The notes beneath the pieces are model-generated. The model made no database searches, was not told the DNA's origin, and was given only the letters and a program-made list of their open reading frames with translations. Both the position numbers and the translations under genes were made by a program. From a virus, in IMG/VR virus record IMGVR_UViG_3300045988_105524: 64,000 bases of DNA. One strand, given 5' to 3'. Shown here one piece after another: positions 19,649 through 29,740 of the stretch. Within the stretch, counting starts at the first letter, position 1. Every line of letters begins with the position of its first letter.

Positions 19649-19659
19649 AGATTCTCCTT

Positions 19660-19887
19660 TTAAATAGGTAATGGCAGACTACACTCAATGTAGTCATGTA
19701 AACTCTTACATTTTTTAAAAGAGTATTCGTCACCGTCTACAGCAACATACTCATAGACATCTGTTAATTTCTTATCTATAAGAAGATTTAGTAGTACTGC
19801 TGGGTCTAAGCACTCACCTTCAAATACCTTTTCGTCATCGAGGAAAAGGATTGTATAGTCTTCATCATAAAATATTCTTGCTACCAT
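19660..19887 (-). CDS. hypothetical protein (75 aa)
   Basis: ORF track. Confidence 0.4.
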   Translation of the reverse strand: MVARIFYDEDYTILFLDDEKVFEGECLDPAVLLNLLIDKKLTDVYEYVAVDGDEYSFKKCKSLHDYIECSLPLPI

Positions 19888-19897
19888 TTAATCTCCT

Positions 19898-20098
19898 TTA
19901 AATCTCTTCGTCTTTAGTATACATAACGTGTCTTATATTCACTGTATATAAGCAATTGCCTTCGTTTCTTACAAGAATCATTGGCATATTCTTAAAACCT
20001 ACACTGCTATTAACTGCTGAATAGTAGAGCGCAATATCATTTTCGTTATTTGTTCTAACTATTTTACCATCTGTCATATAAAAACTTAATACTCTCAT
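19898..20098 (-). CDS. hypothetical protein (66 aa)
   Basis: ORF track; consensus promoter at ~20130..20162. Confidence 0.4.
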   Translation of the reverse strand: MRVLSFYMTDGKIVRTNNENDIALYYSAVNSSVGFKNMPMILVRNEGNCLYTVNIRHVMYTKDEEI

Positions 20099-20162
20099 AA
20101 AAATACCTCTCTATGCTTTTTGATATAAATATCTTAACATAAAGAGGCAAAATTGTAAACAA

Positions 20163-20708
20163 TTACTTATAGCAGTGCTCTATTTCTATAATAAAAGCAT
20201 ATTCTTTTTTACTTAAATCTAAGTATACATTTTCAAATAGCTTTACTTTGTCTAGAGTGTCAAAGTCAACAGCGTCTTTCATTACAAAACAAATGCTAGA
20301 CTTATAATCACTGATGTAAAGAATTCCATTATACTTACAAAAATCTTTAAACGAAATATCAGATATAAAATCGTTTAGACTATCATTCAAAGCTTCTCGT
20401 TGTGCATATGTAAAAAGTGTATTATTAGTAATATTATTACAATGAATTTCAAAGAGTAAATAGTCATCTATCTTCTTAGATTTTTCTAGTTTTCTTGGGC
20501 TTTTGAAGTATATTTTAACTTGCTGTTTAAGAAAATTAAAGTAATCTTCTAAAGAGTGTATACCAGCTGCGTTCAATTCATCTTTTGTTAAAGGCAGTTT
20601 TCTGATTTTCTCTTTTGCAGAGTAGATATTCTTTATGTTACGCAGATATTCGCATGTAGCAGTAAATGTATTACATAGTGCGTTTTTTTGATATGCGTAA
20701 AAAATCAT
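20163..20708 (-). CDS. hypothetical protein, paralog of 21317..22000 C-terminal region
   Basis: Shares ..KLPLT.DEL...I.SLE.YF.. with 21317..22000. Confidence 0.4.
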   Translation of the reverse strand: MIFYAYQKNALCNTFTATCEYLRNIKNIYSAKEKIRKLPLTKDELNAAGIHSLEDYFNFLKQQVKIYFKSPRKLEKSKKIDDYLLFEIHCNNITNNTLFTYAQREALNDSLNDFISDISFKDFCKYNGILYISDYKSSICFVMKDAVDFDTLDKVKLFENVYLDLSKKEYAFIIEIEHCYK

Positions 20709-20925
20709 ACAGCATAAATGGCGTCGCACACAAAAATATCATAGTAACTATACCTGTTACGCAAGTACATATAATATCGAGTATCATAACATCTGGTATA
20801 TCTTTTATATACACAAACTTACAAATAAACGAACCTAGAGGATATGATACAAGCAAAGTAAATATAAAAATAGCAGTAAATATCTCACCATCGTAAGCGT
20901 CTTTAAAACTTATCTTATTCTTCAT
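20671..20925 (-). CDS. small membrane protein (84 aa)
   Basis: Two hydrophobic helices. Confidence 0.35.
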   Translation of the reverse strand: MKNKISFKDAYDGEIFTAIFIFTLLVSYPLGSFICKFVYIKDIPDVMILDIICTCVTGIVTMIFLCATPFMLYDFLRISKKRTM

Positions 20926-21142
20926 CTCTAACTCCTCTTAACATAATATCATCATACGGAATATTACAAACTATATTGTAAGTGATGTTTCCATTCATTT
21001 CTTTGAATGTTGCAATGACTTCTGACTCTTTAAATTCAATTTCTGCTATGAAACCACTTTTTGAATATGTTGAAGCAATTTGTTCAAGTCTTTTTAATAC
21101 AGCGTCTTTCTGCTTTTGGCTAATCATTATTAACTCCTCCAT
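20915..21142 (-). CDS. hypothetical protein (75 aa)
   Basis: ORF track. Confidence 0.4.
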   Translation of the reverse strand: MEELIMISQKQKDAVLKRLEQIASTYSKSGFIAEIEFKESEVIATFKEMNGNITYNIVCNIPYDDIMLRGVRDEE

Positions 21143-21326
21143 AAAGAGACTTTAGTGCTGCTACAAGCTCTTCGTCTTCTATTTGATATAAAGGCAATCT
21201 ATACTCTAGATTTAAGATAAGCTGTCCAAGTCTTAAATCTGGATATTGCTGCCATATTTTCTCTATTTCATTTAAAATCTTTGGAATTCTCTCTGGGTTT
21301 CTCATAATGTTCCTCTTTAGATGCAT
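21120..21326 (-). CDS. hypothetical protein (68 aa)
   Basis: ORF track. Confidence 0.4.
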   Translation of the reverse strand: MHLKRNIMRNPERIPKILNEIEKIWQQYPDLRLGQLILNLEYRLPLYQIEDEELVAALKSLYGGVNND

Positions 21327-22000
21327 ATATTTACTATAACATCAATTTGGTCGTAGTAACTAGCGTATACACCTTCAAATATTTCTTTATCTGGTGAACT
21401 TTCAAATAATGTCCTATGGGCTAAGCGTATCTCTGCGCCTTTAAATAAATATAGTTTTACAGGGCTATCTTTAAATCTTGAATCGTCTTTCCACTGATTG
21501 AGCTTACCTTCACATACATCAAGAATTAGCTGACGAGTAAATTCTGAAAATTGCCTTGATTGCTCTTTTGTAAAAAATACTTTATCGTTTAATTCAAACG
21601 TATAGTTGACACTGTCATCATCAAAAATGTCGTGCGACGTTTTAATGTTTTTACGAACATAATCAAAGTATTCTTCTAGTGAGTTGATGTTTAGCTTTTC
21701 TAGCTCATCATAAGTTAAAGGCATTTTACTTATATTATTTTTCGCTCTTATGACACGCGGTAAAGCGCTAAGATACCTGACGATAACCATAAGCGCATAC
21801 ACGAAAACTGCTAATGCAACAAACAGTATAAAACCCCAGAGAGTGTAAATGAAGAATGAGGCTAGATTGAATGCATCAATCGCGTCATGAATTCTAGCTA
21901 ACTGTCCGAGTGCTATCGACATCACTACGGTTATAAGTACTTGTAACTCAGTATCAAACACTTTCGTGAGTTTAACTTTTCTTTTGATTTTATTATCCAT
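21317..22000 (-). CDS. membrane-anchored hypothetical protein (227 aa)
   Basis: Two TM helices then soluble domain; paralogous to 20163..20729. Confidence 0.45.
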   Translation of the reverse strand: MDNKIKRKVKLTKVFDTELQVLITVVMSIALGQLARIHDAIDAFNLASFFIYTLWGFILFVALAVFVYALMVIVRYLSALPRVIRAKNNISKMPLTYDELEKLNINSLEEYFDYVRKNIKTSHDIFDDDSVNYTFELNDKVFFTKEQSRQFSEFTRQLILDVCEGKLNQWKDDSRFKDSPVKLYLFKGAEIRLAHRTLFESSPDKEIFEGVYASYYDQIDVIVNICI

Positions 22001-22020
22001 TGACGTCCTTTCATGTTGGC

Positions 22021-22140
22021 AGCCAGATTTAACTTCTGACTGCTGTTTTTATCATAGGTGATAGTTTATATTAAATTAGCATAAAAGTTTACGAGAGACG
22101 ATTCTGGAGTTTCTGAGATATATCTGAGAGCTATATTTCG
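22021..22140. repeat. composite C+B intergenic repeat (inverted orientation relative to 32281..32395)
   Basis: Reverse complement of GATAAAAACAGCAGTCAGAAGTTAAATCT (C) and of the B consensus. Confidence 0.8.
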
Positions 22141-22925
22141 TTAAGCTTATTAGAGATGTCGATATTAGCTTCAGTGATAAAATCTACGTACTTCAGTTTC
22201 TCTTCAGTAGTTATGTTCCTTACATTTCTTTTTAAATCAAGTACATCGTGTCTATCAGACTTACGCGCAATTGAGACTAATTCAAAACGTAAATACATTT
22301 GTTCACTATCTACAACCGCTTTATCTGCAACTAACTCAGCAGTGATAAAGAAGTTTTCAAAACCAATAATTGCTTCTGATTTTGCGCAGATAGCAAAATA
22401 ATCACCTCTTATAAGATGACGTAAGCTTCGTACTTTACTCTCACTAAGAATATTATTCAAAGCGTCTTCAGCAAGCTTAGAATTTTTTATTGTCTGTATA
22501 TTTTCTTTCAACTTGTCGTACTGAGTATTAAACTCGTCAATCTTTGTCTTAAGATTCTGAAATGCTTTACTGCGCTTCTCTTCTATATTCTCGCCAAACT
22601 TATTCACACGATTCTTGTCAATCATATCAGCTTTAATAAATCTTGTTTTTACTGTAACGATTGTGTAATCAGATATAAAACAATCTACTTTAACAACATC
22701 TTCAAGCTCTTTTGTAGACGCACATTTTACAATACTCTTATTAAATGCGTCTCGAATAAATGCGCATTCAGCAGATATATCACAGTTAAACGCCACTTCT
22801 TTACTAACTCTAATGCCTTTTAGCTGGCGTCTAATCTCATTAGCATTACCTGAAATAGTATATGTTGAGTCAGAACCAAATGTCTTGATTATAACTTCGT
22901 ACTTTTTAAAAATCTTTGATAACAT
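22131..22925 (-). CDS. hypothetical protein, 'GENIxEKR' paralog family
   Basis: ..NKFGENIEEKRSKA.. motif shared with 23289, 42047, 45788, 46653, 47578. Confidence 0.5.
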   Translation of the reverse strand: MLSKIFKKYEVIIKTFGSDSTYTISGNANEIRRQLKGIRVSKEVAFNCDISAECAFIRDAFNKSIVKCASTKELEDVVKVDCFISDYTIVTVKTRFIKADMIDKNRVNKFGENIEEKRSKAFQNLKTKIDEFNTQYDKLKENIQTIKNSKLAEDALNNILSESKVRSLRHLIRGDYFAICAKSEAIIGFENFFITAELVADKAVVDSEQMYLRFELVSIARKSDRHDVLDLKRNVRNITTEEKLKYVDFITEANIDISNKLNEI

Positions 22926-22953
22926 AACGTAAACCTCTCTTTCGATATTTTCT

Positions 22954-22984
22954 ATTATATCAAAAGATATTTAGTATGTAAACA
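22954..22984 (-). promoter_or_regulatory. sigma70-like promoter TTTACA-N17-TATAAT
   Basis: Perfect consensus on minus strand, directly after hairpin+T10 terminator (22985..23012). Confidence 0.65.
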
Positions 22985-23012
22985 AAAAAAAAATACAGCT
23001 TAATGCTGTATT

Positions 23013-23285
23013 TTATAGCCCATCATAAATATCAAAGAATGATTCGCAAGCTCTTAAGAATCTAGACTCTTCTTCGCTTAACTCTCCAGCTTTCTCATAA
23101 GACGGGCTGCCGTGTCTTGATACATCGACGTATATGTCATACTTTTTTGTTTCGTCGTTGTATTCAATATAGTCGCCTCTATACATAACTGAACGTTGTT
23201 TATGTTTCAATATTTGTACAGTTTCATCAATAGTACAACTTAGAGAACCAGGTTCTACATCAATATGATTAAATGGAATTCGCAT
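23013..23285 (-). CDS. hypothetical protein (90 aa)
   Basis: ORF track. Confidence 0.4.
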   Translation of the reverse strand: MRIPFNHIDVEPGSLSCTIDETVQILKHKQRSVMYRGDYIEYNDETKKYDIYVDVSRHGSPSYEKAGELSEEESRFLRACESFFDIYDGL

Positions 23286-23288
23286 AAT

Positions 23289-24200
23289 TTACTCCTTGCT
23301 ATTTATTGCATCGACTACAGCTTTGTATATAACGCAAGCATTTTTGATAAATTCGATATGCTCATCAGTAATCTCAACATCTAGATAATTAAGTTTTTTT
23401 AATACATCAGTGATGTTATCATAGCAGATTAAGTGCCTGAAGGCATTTCCTGATACGAACCTGCTGTATAAGTCAATTCTTTCGTTTTTATATGTTATGG
23501 CTTCCGTTTTATAGTCAAAATCAAAGTTATTGAACACTATATCGTCTACTACGTCTGACGCACGTCTTTCTGTGTATTCATACTCATCATACACATCAAT
23601 ATCTTTACCAATCTTCGCTTCTACTTCGATAGATGCATCATTGTCAATCTCTATTTTAAAGTTATTGTCAAGAACAAGCTCATTAAAGTCATTGAAATGA
23701 ATATGAGATTTAATGTAATCTGTTCTAACATACTTTTCTACATAATTAGATATATCAGATAAATCAATCTTACAAGCAAGTTCTGCGAATTTATAAGCGT
23801 TTGTACCCTCACTGTTCGCAACAAGTCTTTTATCAGCAATATTCTCGCCTCTATCATTTGCACGCTTACATTTAACGTCTAAGTACGTGTTGTATACGTT
23901 AAACTTTACTTTATAAAGAATGTTATCACGCACGAATTCAACTGAATCGCTGTATTCTTCATCAGTGCAGTACTTACTTACTTCATTAAGTAAGTTAACA
24001 AAATATACTCTAGTGTCTTTAGGGCAAGATAGTTTCTTTAATTTGCTTACAGTTCTCTTAACTGTATCATTTTTAGAATCAAAGAACAAATAGAACACAC
24101 TACCATCTTCAAATGTATTTAAGTTGCGTGTTTCTATCTCTACTCTGTAGTTTTTAACTACTCTCTTTATTACATCATATTCGTATACAAACTGTTTCAT
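23289..24200 (-). CDS. hypothetical protein, 'GENIxEKR' paralog family
   Basis: ..NDRGENIADKRLV.. motif. Confidence 0.5.
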   Translation of the reverse strand: MKQFVYEYDVIKRVVKNYRVEIETRNLNTFEDGSVFYLFFDSKNDTVKRTVSKLKKLSCPKDTRVYFVNLLNEVSKYCTDEEYSDSVEFVRDNILYKVKFNVYNTYLDVKCKRANDRGENIADKRLVANSEGTNAYKFAELACKIDLSDISNYVEKYVRTDYIKSHIHFNDFNELVLDNNFKIEIDNDASIEVEAKIGKDIDVYDEYEYTERRASDVVDDIVFNNFDFDYKTEAITYKNERIDLYSRFVSGNAFRHLICYDNITDVLKKLNYLDVEITDEHIEFIKNACVIYKAVVDAINSKE

Positions 24201-24240
24201 GATTTATACTCCATTTCATATAAGATAATCAATTTATTAC

Positions 24241-24271
24241 ATTATATACTATATGATAACAATTGTAAACA
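24241..24271 (-). promoter_or_regulatory. sigma70-like promoter TTTACA-N17-TATAAT
   Basis: Perfect consensus; preceded by AGAGCTAATTAATTTTAGCTCT hairpin + T9. Confidence 0.65.
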
Positions 24272-24310
24272 AAAAAAAAGAGCTAAAATTAATTAGCTCT
24301 TTAAAAAAGA

Positions 24311-25720
24311 TTAATTCTTTTTGTCTACGTCTTGAATTTCATCATCAAGAACTACCTTAACAGGAGTATGTTTTTCTACTGACTCTTCATCAATCGCAGA
24401 CTGAACTCCAAGCTTAGTGCCTAAAAAACTACCGAGCATTGACTTAATATCAATACCTAGAGCGTCTTTCAAACCACTATCAAGCTGAGTTAGAGACTTA
24501 GTAGTATCTTCGACTAACTTAGCTTGATTACCCTCACCGTAGAGAGTAATAGAGTCAATGTTCTCAAGAGGCTTAACAATATTCGCAGACATCTCTACGT
24601 AAGCCTTTAGTACAGACTCAAGTATAGCAGCCTCTCCGTACTGCTTCATCGCTTCAGCTTTTCTTAATAGCGCATCAGCTTCAGCCTGACCAACCATCTC
24701 AACCTTTGCTGCCTCAGCCTCAGCCTCAAGTTTCTTAGCTTTGGCATTTGCTTCTGCGACAGCTTTAATCGCTTCAGCCTCTTTCTGAGCAGCGTATAGC
24801 TTAGCATCTTCTTCGTTATTTCTTTCTGAAATAAGAACATTTCTACGAATATCGATTTCTCTCTGTGCTTTTACTGCGTTAGCGTCTGCAGTCACACTTT
24901 CTTTTGTTTTTCTCTGCTCTTCTTGTGCTATAGAGTATGCTGCCTCAGCTTCAGCATTCTTCTGATTTTCAAGCTTAAGCAGCTCTGCTTTCTTGATTGC
25001 GAGCTGATTCTGTCTTTCAGCAATAGTTGTTTCTGATTTAACCTGTGCTTCATTTGCTTCAAGATTAGCATTTGCCTGCGCTACGGCAATTTCTTTTTCA
25101 GCGTTTGCTCTTGAGATTTCAGCAGATTTCTGAATAGCTACTGTATTCGCAATACCAAGATTGTCAATAACTCCAATGCCTGCGTCATCAATATTCTGTA
25201 TATTAAATGATACAATCTCTAGACCCATTCTAGCCATATCAGTGATTGCGTTCTCTTGAACCATTTGCGCAAAAGCTTTTCTATCATTCATTATGTTTAC
25301 AAGAGGCATACCACCGATAATCTCTCTTAGATTACCTTCAAGTACGCTAACAATCATTTCGTTAATATATTCTGAACTTCTATTCAAAAAGTTTTCAGCT
25401 GCTTTCTTAATTGACTCTTCGTCATTTGGTATCTTAACTACAGCAACTGAATCAACCATAATATTAATATAATCGGCAGTAGGTATAGTCTTAGATGTTT
25501 TAACATCAACAGACAACATTGCTAGTGAGAGCTTATCAACTCTCTGTAGAAAGGGTATCTTGATTGTAGACTTACCTGAAATATACTTAGGTTTTCGTTT
25601 AAGACCTGAAATGATGTAAACCATATTAGGTGGTGCTTTTACATAACCCATAAGTAGTATAATACCTACAAAAAGTATAATACCGACAAAAATTAACAGC
25701 GCATAAGTAAAATCTTCCAT
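24311..25720 (-). CDS. SPFH/band-7 (flotillin-like) membrane protein
   Basis: N-terminal TM helix, SPFH-like region, long Ala/Glu-rich coiled coil (AEAEAA repeats) as in flotillin/YqiK. Confidence 0.7.
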   Translation of the reverse strand: MEDFTYALLIFVGIILFVGIILLMGYVKAPPNMVYIISGLKRKPKYISGKSTIKIPFLQRVDKLSLAMLSVDVKTSKTIPTADYINIMVDSVAVVKIPNDEESIKKAAENFLNRSSEYINEMIVSVLEGNLREIIGGMPLVNIMNDRKAFAQMVQENAITDMARMGLEIVSFNIQNIDDAGIGVIDNLGIANTVAIQKSAEISRANAEKEIAVAQANANLEANEAQVKSETTIAERQNQLAIKKAELLKLENQKNAEAEAAYSIAQEEQRKTKESVTADANAVKAQREIDIRRNVLISERNNEEDAKLYAAQKEAEAIKAVAEANAKAKKLEAEAEAAKVEMVGQAEADALLRKAEAMKQYGEAAILESVLKAYVEMSANIVKPLENIDSITLYGEGNQAKLVEDTTKSLTQLDSGLKDALGIDIKSMLGSFLGTKLGVQSAIDEESVEKHTPVKVVLDDEIQDVDKKN

Positions 25721-25927
25721 ATTATTCTCCTTTATTCTTCATCTTCTCTAATGTATACGCGTTCAACATATCTTAGATTTATGATAACATTGCTTAGTAC
25801 TGCGAATTTGCTCTCTGCTTGTACACATTGATAAAAATATTTAATGTCTTCTTCGTTGTTGACATGAATAACATCACCAGAGTTATACATCCAAATTGAT
25901 AGTGTCGTCACTGATTACCTCCTTCGA

Positions 25928-26374
25928 CTATAAATGTTGCAGTGTTATTTCTACGACAACATCATTTAATGTGTATATGCTTAATAAGCTAAATAACTTT
26001 TTGTTAATATAGACTTTCATACCATTTCCAATATCATACTTATCGAAATAAGGAATATCTGTTACTATACTACCTACTTCAATATTAGCAATATTTGAGT
26101 CAATAGCAGTATTCAAGCATTTCTTTCTAAGACGCGCAGTATTACTCATATACTTTAATACTTTAATATGCTCTTTTATTGTTGCGTCTTTTGTCGTTTC
26201 TAGTAATTCATCAAAAACTTCATTACAACAGCGTTCATTTAGTTCGCAGTACTTTTCTTCAAGCTCTGCAAGTTTTTTAGATTGAGAATCTATGTTATCT
26301 TGAATAACTTGCATTTCAGCTACTAGTAAATTATTTGCGCATTCTACTTCTTCTAATTTCTTTTTAATATCCAA
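25928..26374 (-). CDS. coiled-coil hypothetical protein (148 aa)
   Basis: ORF track. Confidence 0.45.
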   Translation of the reverse strand: MDIKKKLEEVECANNLLVAEMQVIQDNIDSQSKKLAELEEKYCELNERCCNEVFDELLETTKDATIKEHIKVLKYMSNTARLRKKCLNTAIDSNIANIEVGSIVTDIPYFDKYDIGNGMKVYINKKLFSLLSIYTLNDVVVEITLQHL

Positions 26375-26400
26375 TAGAATCTCCTACTTTCTACTTAACG

Positions 26401-26796
26401 TCATTTATAATTATCATAGTGAATACTGAAGATTACGTTATTCTCGTCTGTTTTTACTATAAGTGCGTGCATGTCATCATCAAAATTAAATGAATATTCA
26501 TAAGTTATACACTCGTCGTCATCGTGTCTATACATTCTATAGAAATATGAGCCTGTGAATAAGTCACCTTCTTTAAGCTCAGTCATGTCGGTATCAATTA
26601 TAATGTCAATGAATTCAAACTGATAGTCAGTAGTTATTGACTCATTATATGCATATCTTACAGCCTTTAAAAACTTCTGCACTTCAGTCGATTTAGCGTT
26701 TAATTCAAGAGTATCAATAATTATATTATAACATTCATCTGGAATTCTGTACGCATACTCTTTAAGTTTCTCAATTCTTTCTTTATACTCTACCAT
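26401..26796 (-). CDS. hypothetical protein (131 aa)
   Basis: ORF track; consensus promoter at 26866..26896. Confidence 0.45.
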   Translation of the reverse strand: MVEYKERIEKLKEYAYRIPDECYNIIIDTLELNAKSTEVQKFLKAVRYAYNESITTDYQFEFIDIIIDTDMTELKEGDLFTGSYFYRMYRHDDDECITYEYSFNFDDDMHALIVKTDENNVIFSIHYDNYK

Positions 26797-26906
26797 AAAA
26801 ACTCCTTAGAAATAATTAAGCTCAATATCAGTAACAGTATTGTTTTCAGTTTTTTCTTTTATTATTATTATATACTACGCTATGTAATATGTAAACAAAA
26901 AAAATG

Positions 26907-27218
26907 CTATAAGTTAGGCGATGCAAAAGTTATAGACGCAACTATACCATCTTCAACTTTAACATCAATAAAAGCGATAAAGTCTTCAACATCGAAAAAT
27001 ATTTCTCTAAACGACTGGTTGCCATATCTATTTTGCAGCATAAAAGGTAAAGGCTTATTTATTTCTATGTCAGTGAAATGATAGTCTCTACAGAGAAAAA
27101 CACTACGTAGTATTTCATCAAGATTATCGTCGTTACCTTCAATATTTTCAAGTACGTACATAAGCATATCACGCACAGCATCATTCTTAGAATTTTCAGC
27201 CATTTCTTTAATTATCAT
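26907..27218 (-). CDS. hypothetical protein (103 aa)
   Basis: ORF track. Confidence 0.4.
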   Translation of the reverse strand: MIIKEMAENSKNDAVRDMLMYVLENIEGNDDNLDEILRSVFLCRDYHFTDIEINKPLPFMLQNRYGNQSFREIFFDVEDFIAFIDVKVEDGIVASITFASPNL

Positions 27219-27253
27219 ATAATTACCTCTTTAATTATGAACTAAGGTATTAA

Positions 27254-27451
27254 TTATTCTTCTTCATAAGAATATACAACGTATCTTGGATTGATTGTGC
27301 AGTACGTGCTATTGTATTGCTTATATACAAATGGCTTTTCGTAAGATTCGCTCTGTATGTGTATATAGTATTCGTGAATGTCTTCTTCGTTTGTAATTCT
27401 AATTGTTTTATATTCAGGCAAGCGGTTTAAGCATAGTACAAGTGTTTTCAT
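27254..27451 (-). CDS. hypothetical protein (65 aa)
   Basis: ORF track. Confidence 0.35.
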   Translation of the reverse strand: MKTLVLCLNRLPEYKTIRITNEEDIHEYYIHIQSESYEKPFVYKQYNSTYCTINPRYVVYSYEEE

Positions 27452-27469
27452 AATTTTTACTCCTTGTTA

Positions 27470-27808
27470 TTACATCAAATTGTATTCATATATTACACGT
27501 GTAACAAAATCATCAATATTGATTTTTGAATAAGTGTAACCTTTATTCCATTTAAAAGGCTTGCCATCATAAAGACGTGGTGTAACTTCAATACAGCCAT
27601 CACAATACTCAAGCACTTCAATTATCTTACGCTTTTCTTTATCAACTTTAGCGAACATACTATATTCTTCATATAAATCGCCAAAACCACTACCAAGCAT
27701 ATATCTTTCATCGTTTATCATAAAATAAACTCTATAGGGATAAGGAATATACTTTGTTATTTTTACTTTGTTGTTTTTCAGTAAATCAATGATTTCTTTA
27801 TTTGTCAT
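27470..27808 (-). CDS. hypothetical protein (112 aa)
   Basis: ORF track; consensus promoter 27836..27866. Confidence 0.45.
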   Translation of the reverse strand: MTNKEIIDLLKNNKVKITKYIPYPYRVYFMINDERYMLGSGFGDLYEEYSMFAKVDKEKRKIIEVLEYCDGCIEVTPRLYDGKPFKWNKGYTYSKINIDDFVTRVIYEYNLM

Positions 27809-27891
27809 AATAATTTCCTCTCTTTATATATTTATTATAACAAATATATAAAGAGATGTAAACAAAAAAAAAATGTACCTCGTGCGGTACA

Positions 27892-28257
27892 TTAATCATT
27901 CATACAACTTCGTATTAACATCTTGAATGTTCTTTCATCTATTATATAAAAATTCTCTTCATCTGGGCCAAAATTAAATACTACAGCAGAATTATCTTTA
28001 TTCATAAACATCTGCTCTTCTCTATTCTTTAATATCCAGTCTTTCTTGATACTAAATGAATTTTGTTTCTTAGTGCAAGTCTTACATTCAAGTAACCAAT
28101 CATCGAGTAAAACGTCACCTTTTACAAAAGGAGTAGCACCAGAGTTAGGCGTACGCTTGCCATTCAGATTTTTTGCTACTGCGTCTTCTTGCTTTTTACT
28201 ATAATAGCGTGTGGGCTGTATTTCATCTTTTTTCTTTACTCTTGCTCCTACTGCCAT
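27892..28257 (-). CDS. hypothetical protein (121 aa)
   Basis: ORF track. Confidence 0.4.
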   Translation of the reverse strand: MAVGARVKKKDEIQPTRYYSKKQEDAVAKNLNGKRTPNSGATPFVKGDVLLDDWLLECKTCTKKQNSFSIKKDWILKNREEQMFMNKDNSAVVFNFGPDEENFYIIDERTFKMLIRSCMND

Positions 28258-28518
28258 TTACTCATCCTCTATTGAAATAAGCATATCAACTAAATATCTC
28301 TGTAAGCTACTACATCTTATTCTACATCGCTGAATATTATCTAGAATTCTATTTCTTGAAATATCACTACGTCTTATACTCTCGAGATAAGAATTATTTC
28401 CTGCTAAAAAATTAGTCAAAGCTGCATAAATACCCCAGTCAAGAGAGGTTATCTCATTTTCAGGATAATATTTATGTAGATAATAAGCAACATCGTGCAC
28501 TAAATTTTTCTTATTCAA
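28258..28518 (-). CDS. hypothetical protein (86 aa)
   Basis: ORF track. Confidence 0.4.
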   Translation of the reverse strand: MNKKNLVHDVAYYLHKYYPENEITSLDWGIYAALTNFLAGNNSYLESIRRSDISRNRILDNIQRCRIRCSSLQRYLVDMLISIEDE

Positions 28519-28885
28519 CGATTATCTCCACTTCAACTCTTGGGTTTTCTTTGTCAGTTTCTACTGTATCTGAAAAACTCTTTACAAACTTGCGGCTGTC
28601 ATCTTCTAAGATGCCTGCAGTAACAAGCGCGTCTTGAATAAATTTCTTAGCAAAAGACACGTTATCAGCATCGCGTCTATTGTTAGGCTCATACCACTTA
28701 TAATTGATATGTACGGGATAGTTGTCTATTCTCGCTAGCGTACCCTCTTCAACAGCCTTATGTATACACTCTAGTATCTGCTGCTCTGTATTCTTTTTCA
28801 TACTACCACCAACAAAACGATTATGTCTGTTAGCACGTGTGTATTCATTGAGATTAGGTAATCTACCGTCGATTGTGAAATGCAT
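28511..28885 (-). CDS. rusA: RusA-family Holliday junction resolvase
   Basis: ..LPNLNEYTRANRHNR.. and ..RRDADN..F.DAL..AGIL.DD.. align with RusA conserved blocks. Confidence 0.7.
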   Translation of the reverse strand: MHFTIDGRLPNLNEYTRANRHNRFVGGSMKKNTEQQILECIHKAVEEGTLARIDNYPVHINYKWYEPNNRRDADNVSFAKKFIQDALVTAGILEDDSRKFVKSFSDTVETDKENPRVEVEIIVE

Positions 28886-28887
28886 AA

Positions 28888-29418
28888 TTATCCCTCACAT
28901 AGCTTTCTCAATAACTCTTCTGCACGCTCTGATGCTTCTCTTTCAATCTGATTCCACTCATCGTCGTTTTTATTATGACGTATTTCTCTACGAGTATAGA
29001 GTAGTGCATCAAGCGCATCAGCTAGTTTTACGAGAGTCATTGCATCTTCAACTTTTTCGCAATTCTCCATAGCTCTATAAAAAGCAGGTACTGTCTGCAT
29101 AGCGTCTCGTTCTAATTTCTTTACAAGAGTCTTTAGCTCAGGGTTCTTTTCTTTAATCATGTAATTAACATCACCTAAGCTAGTTTCTACGCTTTCTACA
29201 TAGTCGTGTACACAAGCATACTTCAATGCTGCAAAAGTAATTTCATCGGGAATGCAAAGTAAATCAGCAAGATAAACTACAATCTGACTTACAAACAACT
29301 GATGCTCTGCATCATTCTGAGTAAACATAAAATCTCTCAACTGCCAGCGGTTTACTCTACTCTGACGGTATAGCTTTAAATCTTCAAGCTTATGTATTAG
29401 TTCTGTAAAGTTATTCAC
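28888..29418 (-). CDS. cca: HD-domain phosphohydrolase segment of CCA-adding enzyme (C-terminal part)
   Basis: ..AEHQL..H..HD.. HD motif; ATGA-overlap coupling with upstream ORF. Confidence 0.55.
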   Translation of the reverse strand: MNNFTELIHKLEDLKLYRQSRVNRWQLRDFMFTQNDAEHQLFVSQIVVYLADLLCIPDEITFAALKYACVHDYVESVETSLGDVNYMIKEKNPELKTLVKKLERDAMQTVPAFYRAMENCEKVEDAMTLVKLADALDALLYTRREIRHNKNDDEWNQIEREASERAEELLRKLCEG

Positions 29419-29726
29419 TTTCTTTCTCCTTTTAATAGCTCTTTATATTCTTTTTCAAGCAGCATGCCAACTTCTGCTGATGGCTTATCAATACTATACT
29501 TTTTCATAATATCTGAGCCTGTAGGCGCTTTTATTTTACTAAATTTATCTGTAAAATCTACGCCTCTAAGAATTGCGTACTGCTTTGTAACTTTTTTGTC
29601 TTTTAGAAACGCTTTGAAAAGCTGCACTTCATCGGTAATTCTTGACAGCTCAATCAACTTTCTCTGCTTAGTAGACTTAATCATCTCAGGAATCACTTCA
29701 GCGTCTTTGTACAAAAATGCGTACAT
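29415..29726 (-). CDS. cca: middle (neck/body) segment of CCA-adding enzyme
   Basis: Lies between the nucleotidyltransferase head and HD ORFs; different frame from the head ORF (14-nt gap). Confidence 0.4.
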   Translation of the reverse strand: MYAFLYKDAEVIPEMIKSTKQRKLIELSRITDEVQLFKAFLKDKKVTKQYAILRGVDFTDKFSKIKAPTGSDIMKKYSIDKPSAEVGMLLEKEYKELLKGERK

Positions 29727-29740
29727 TAAGTCAATGTCTT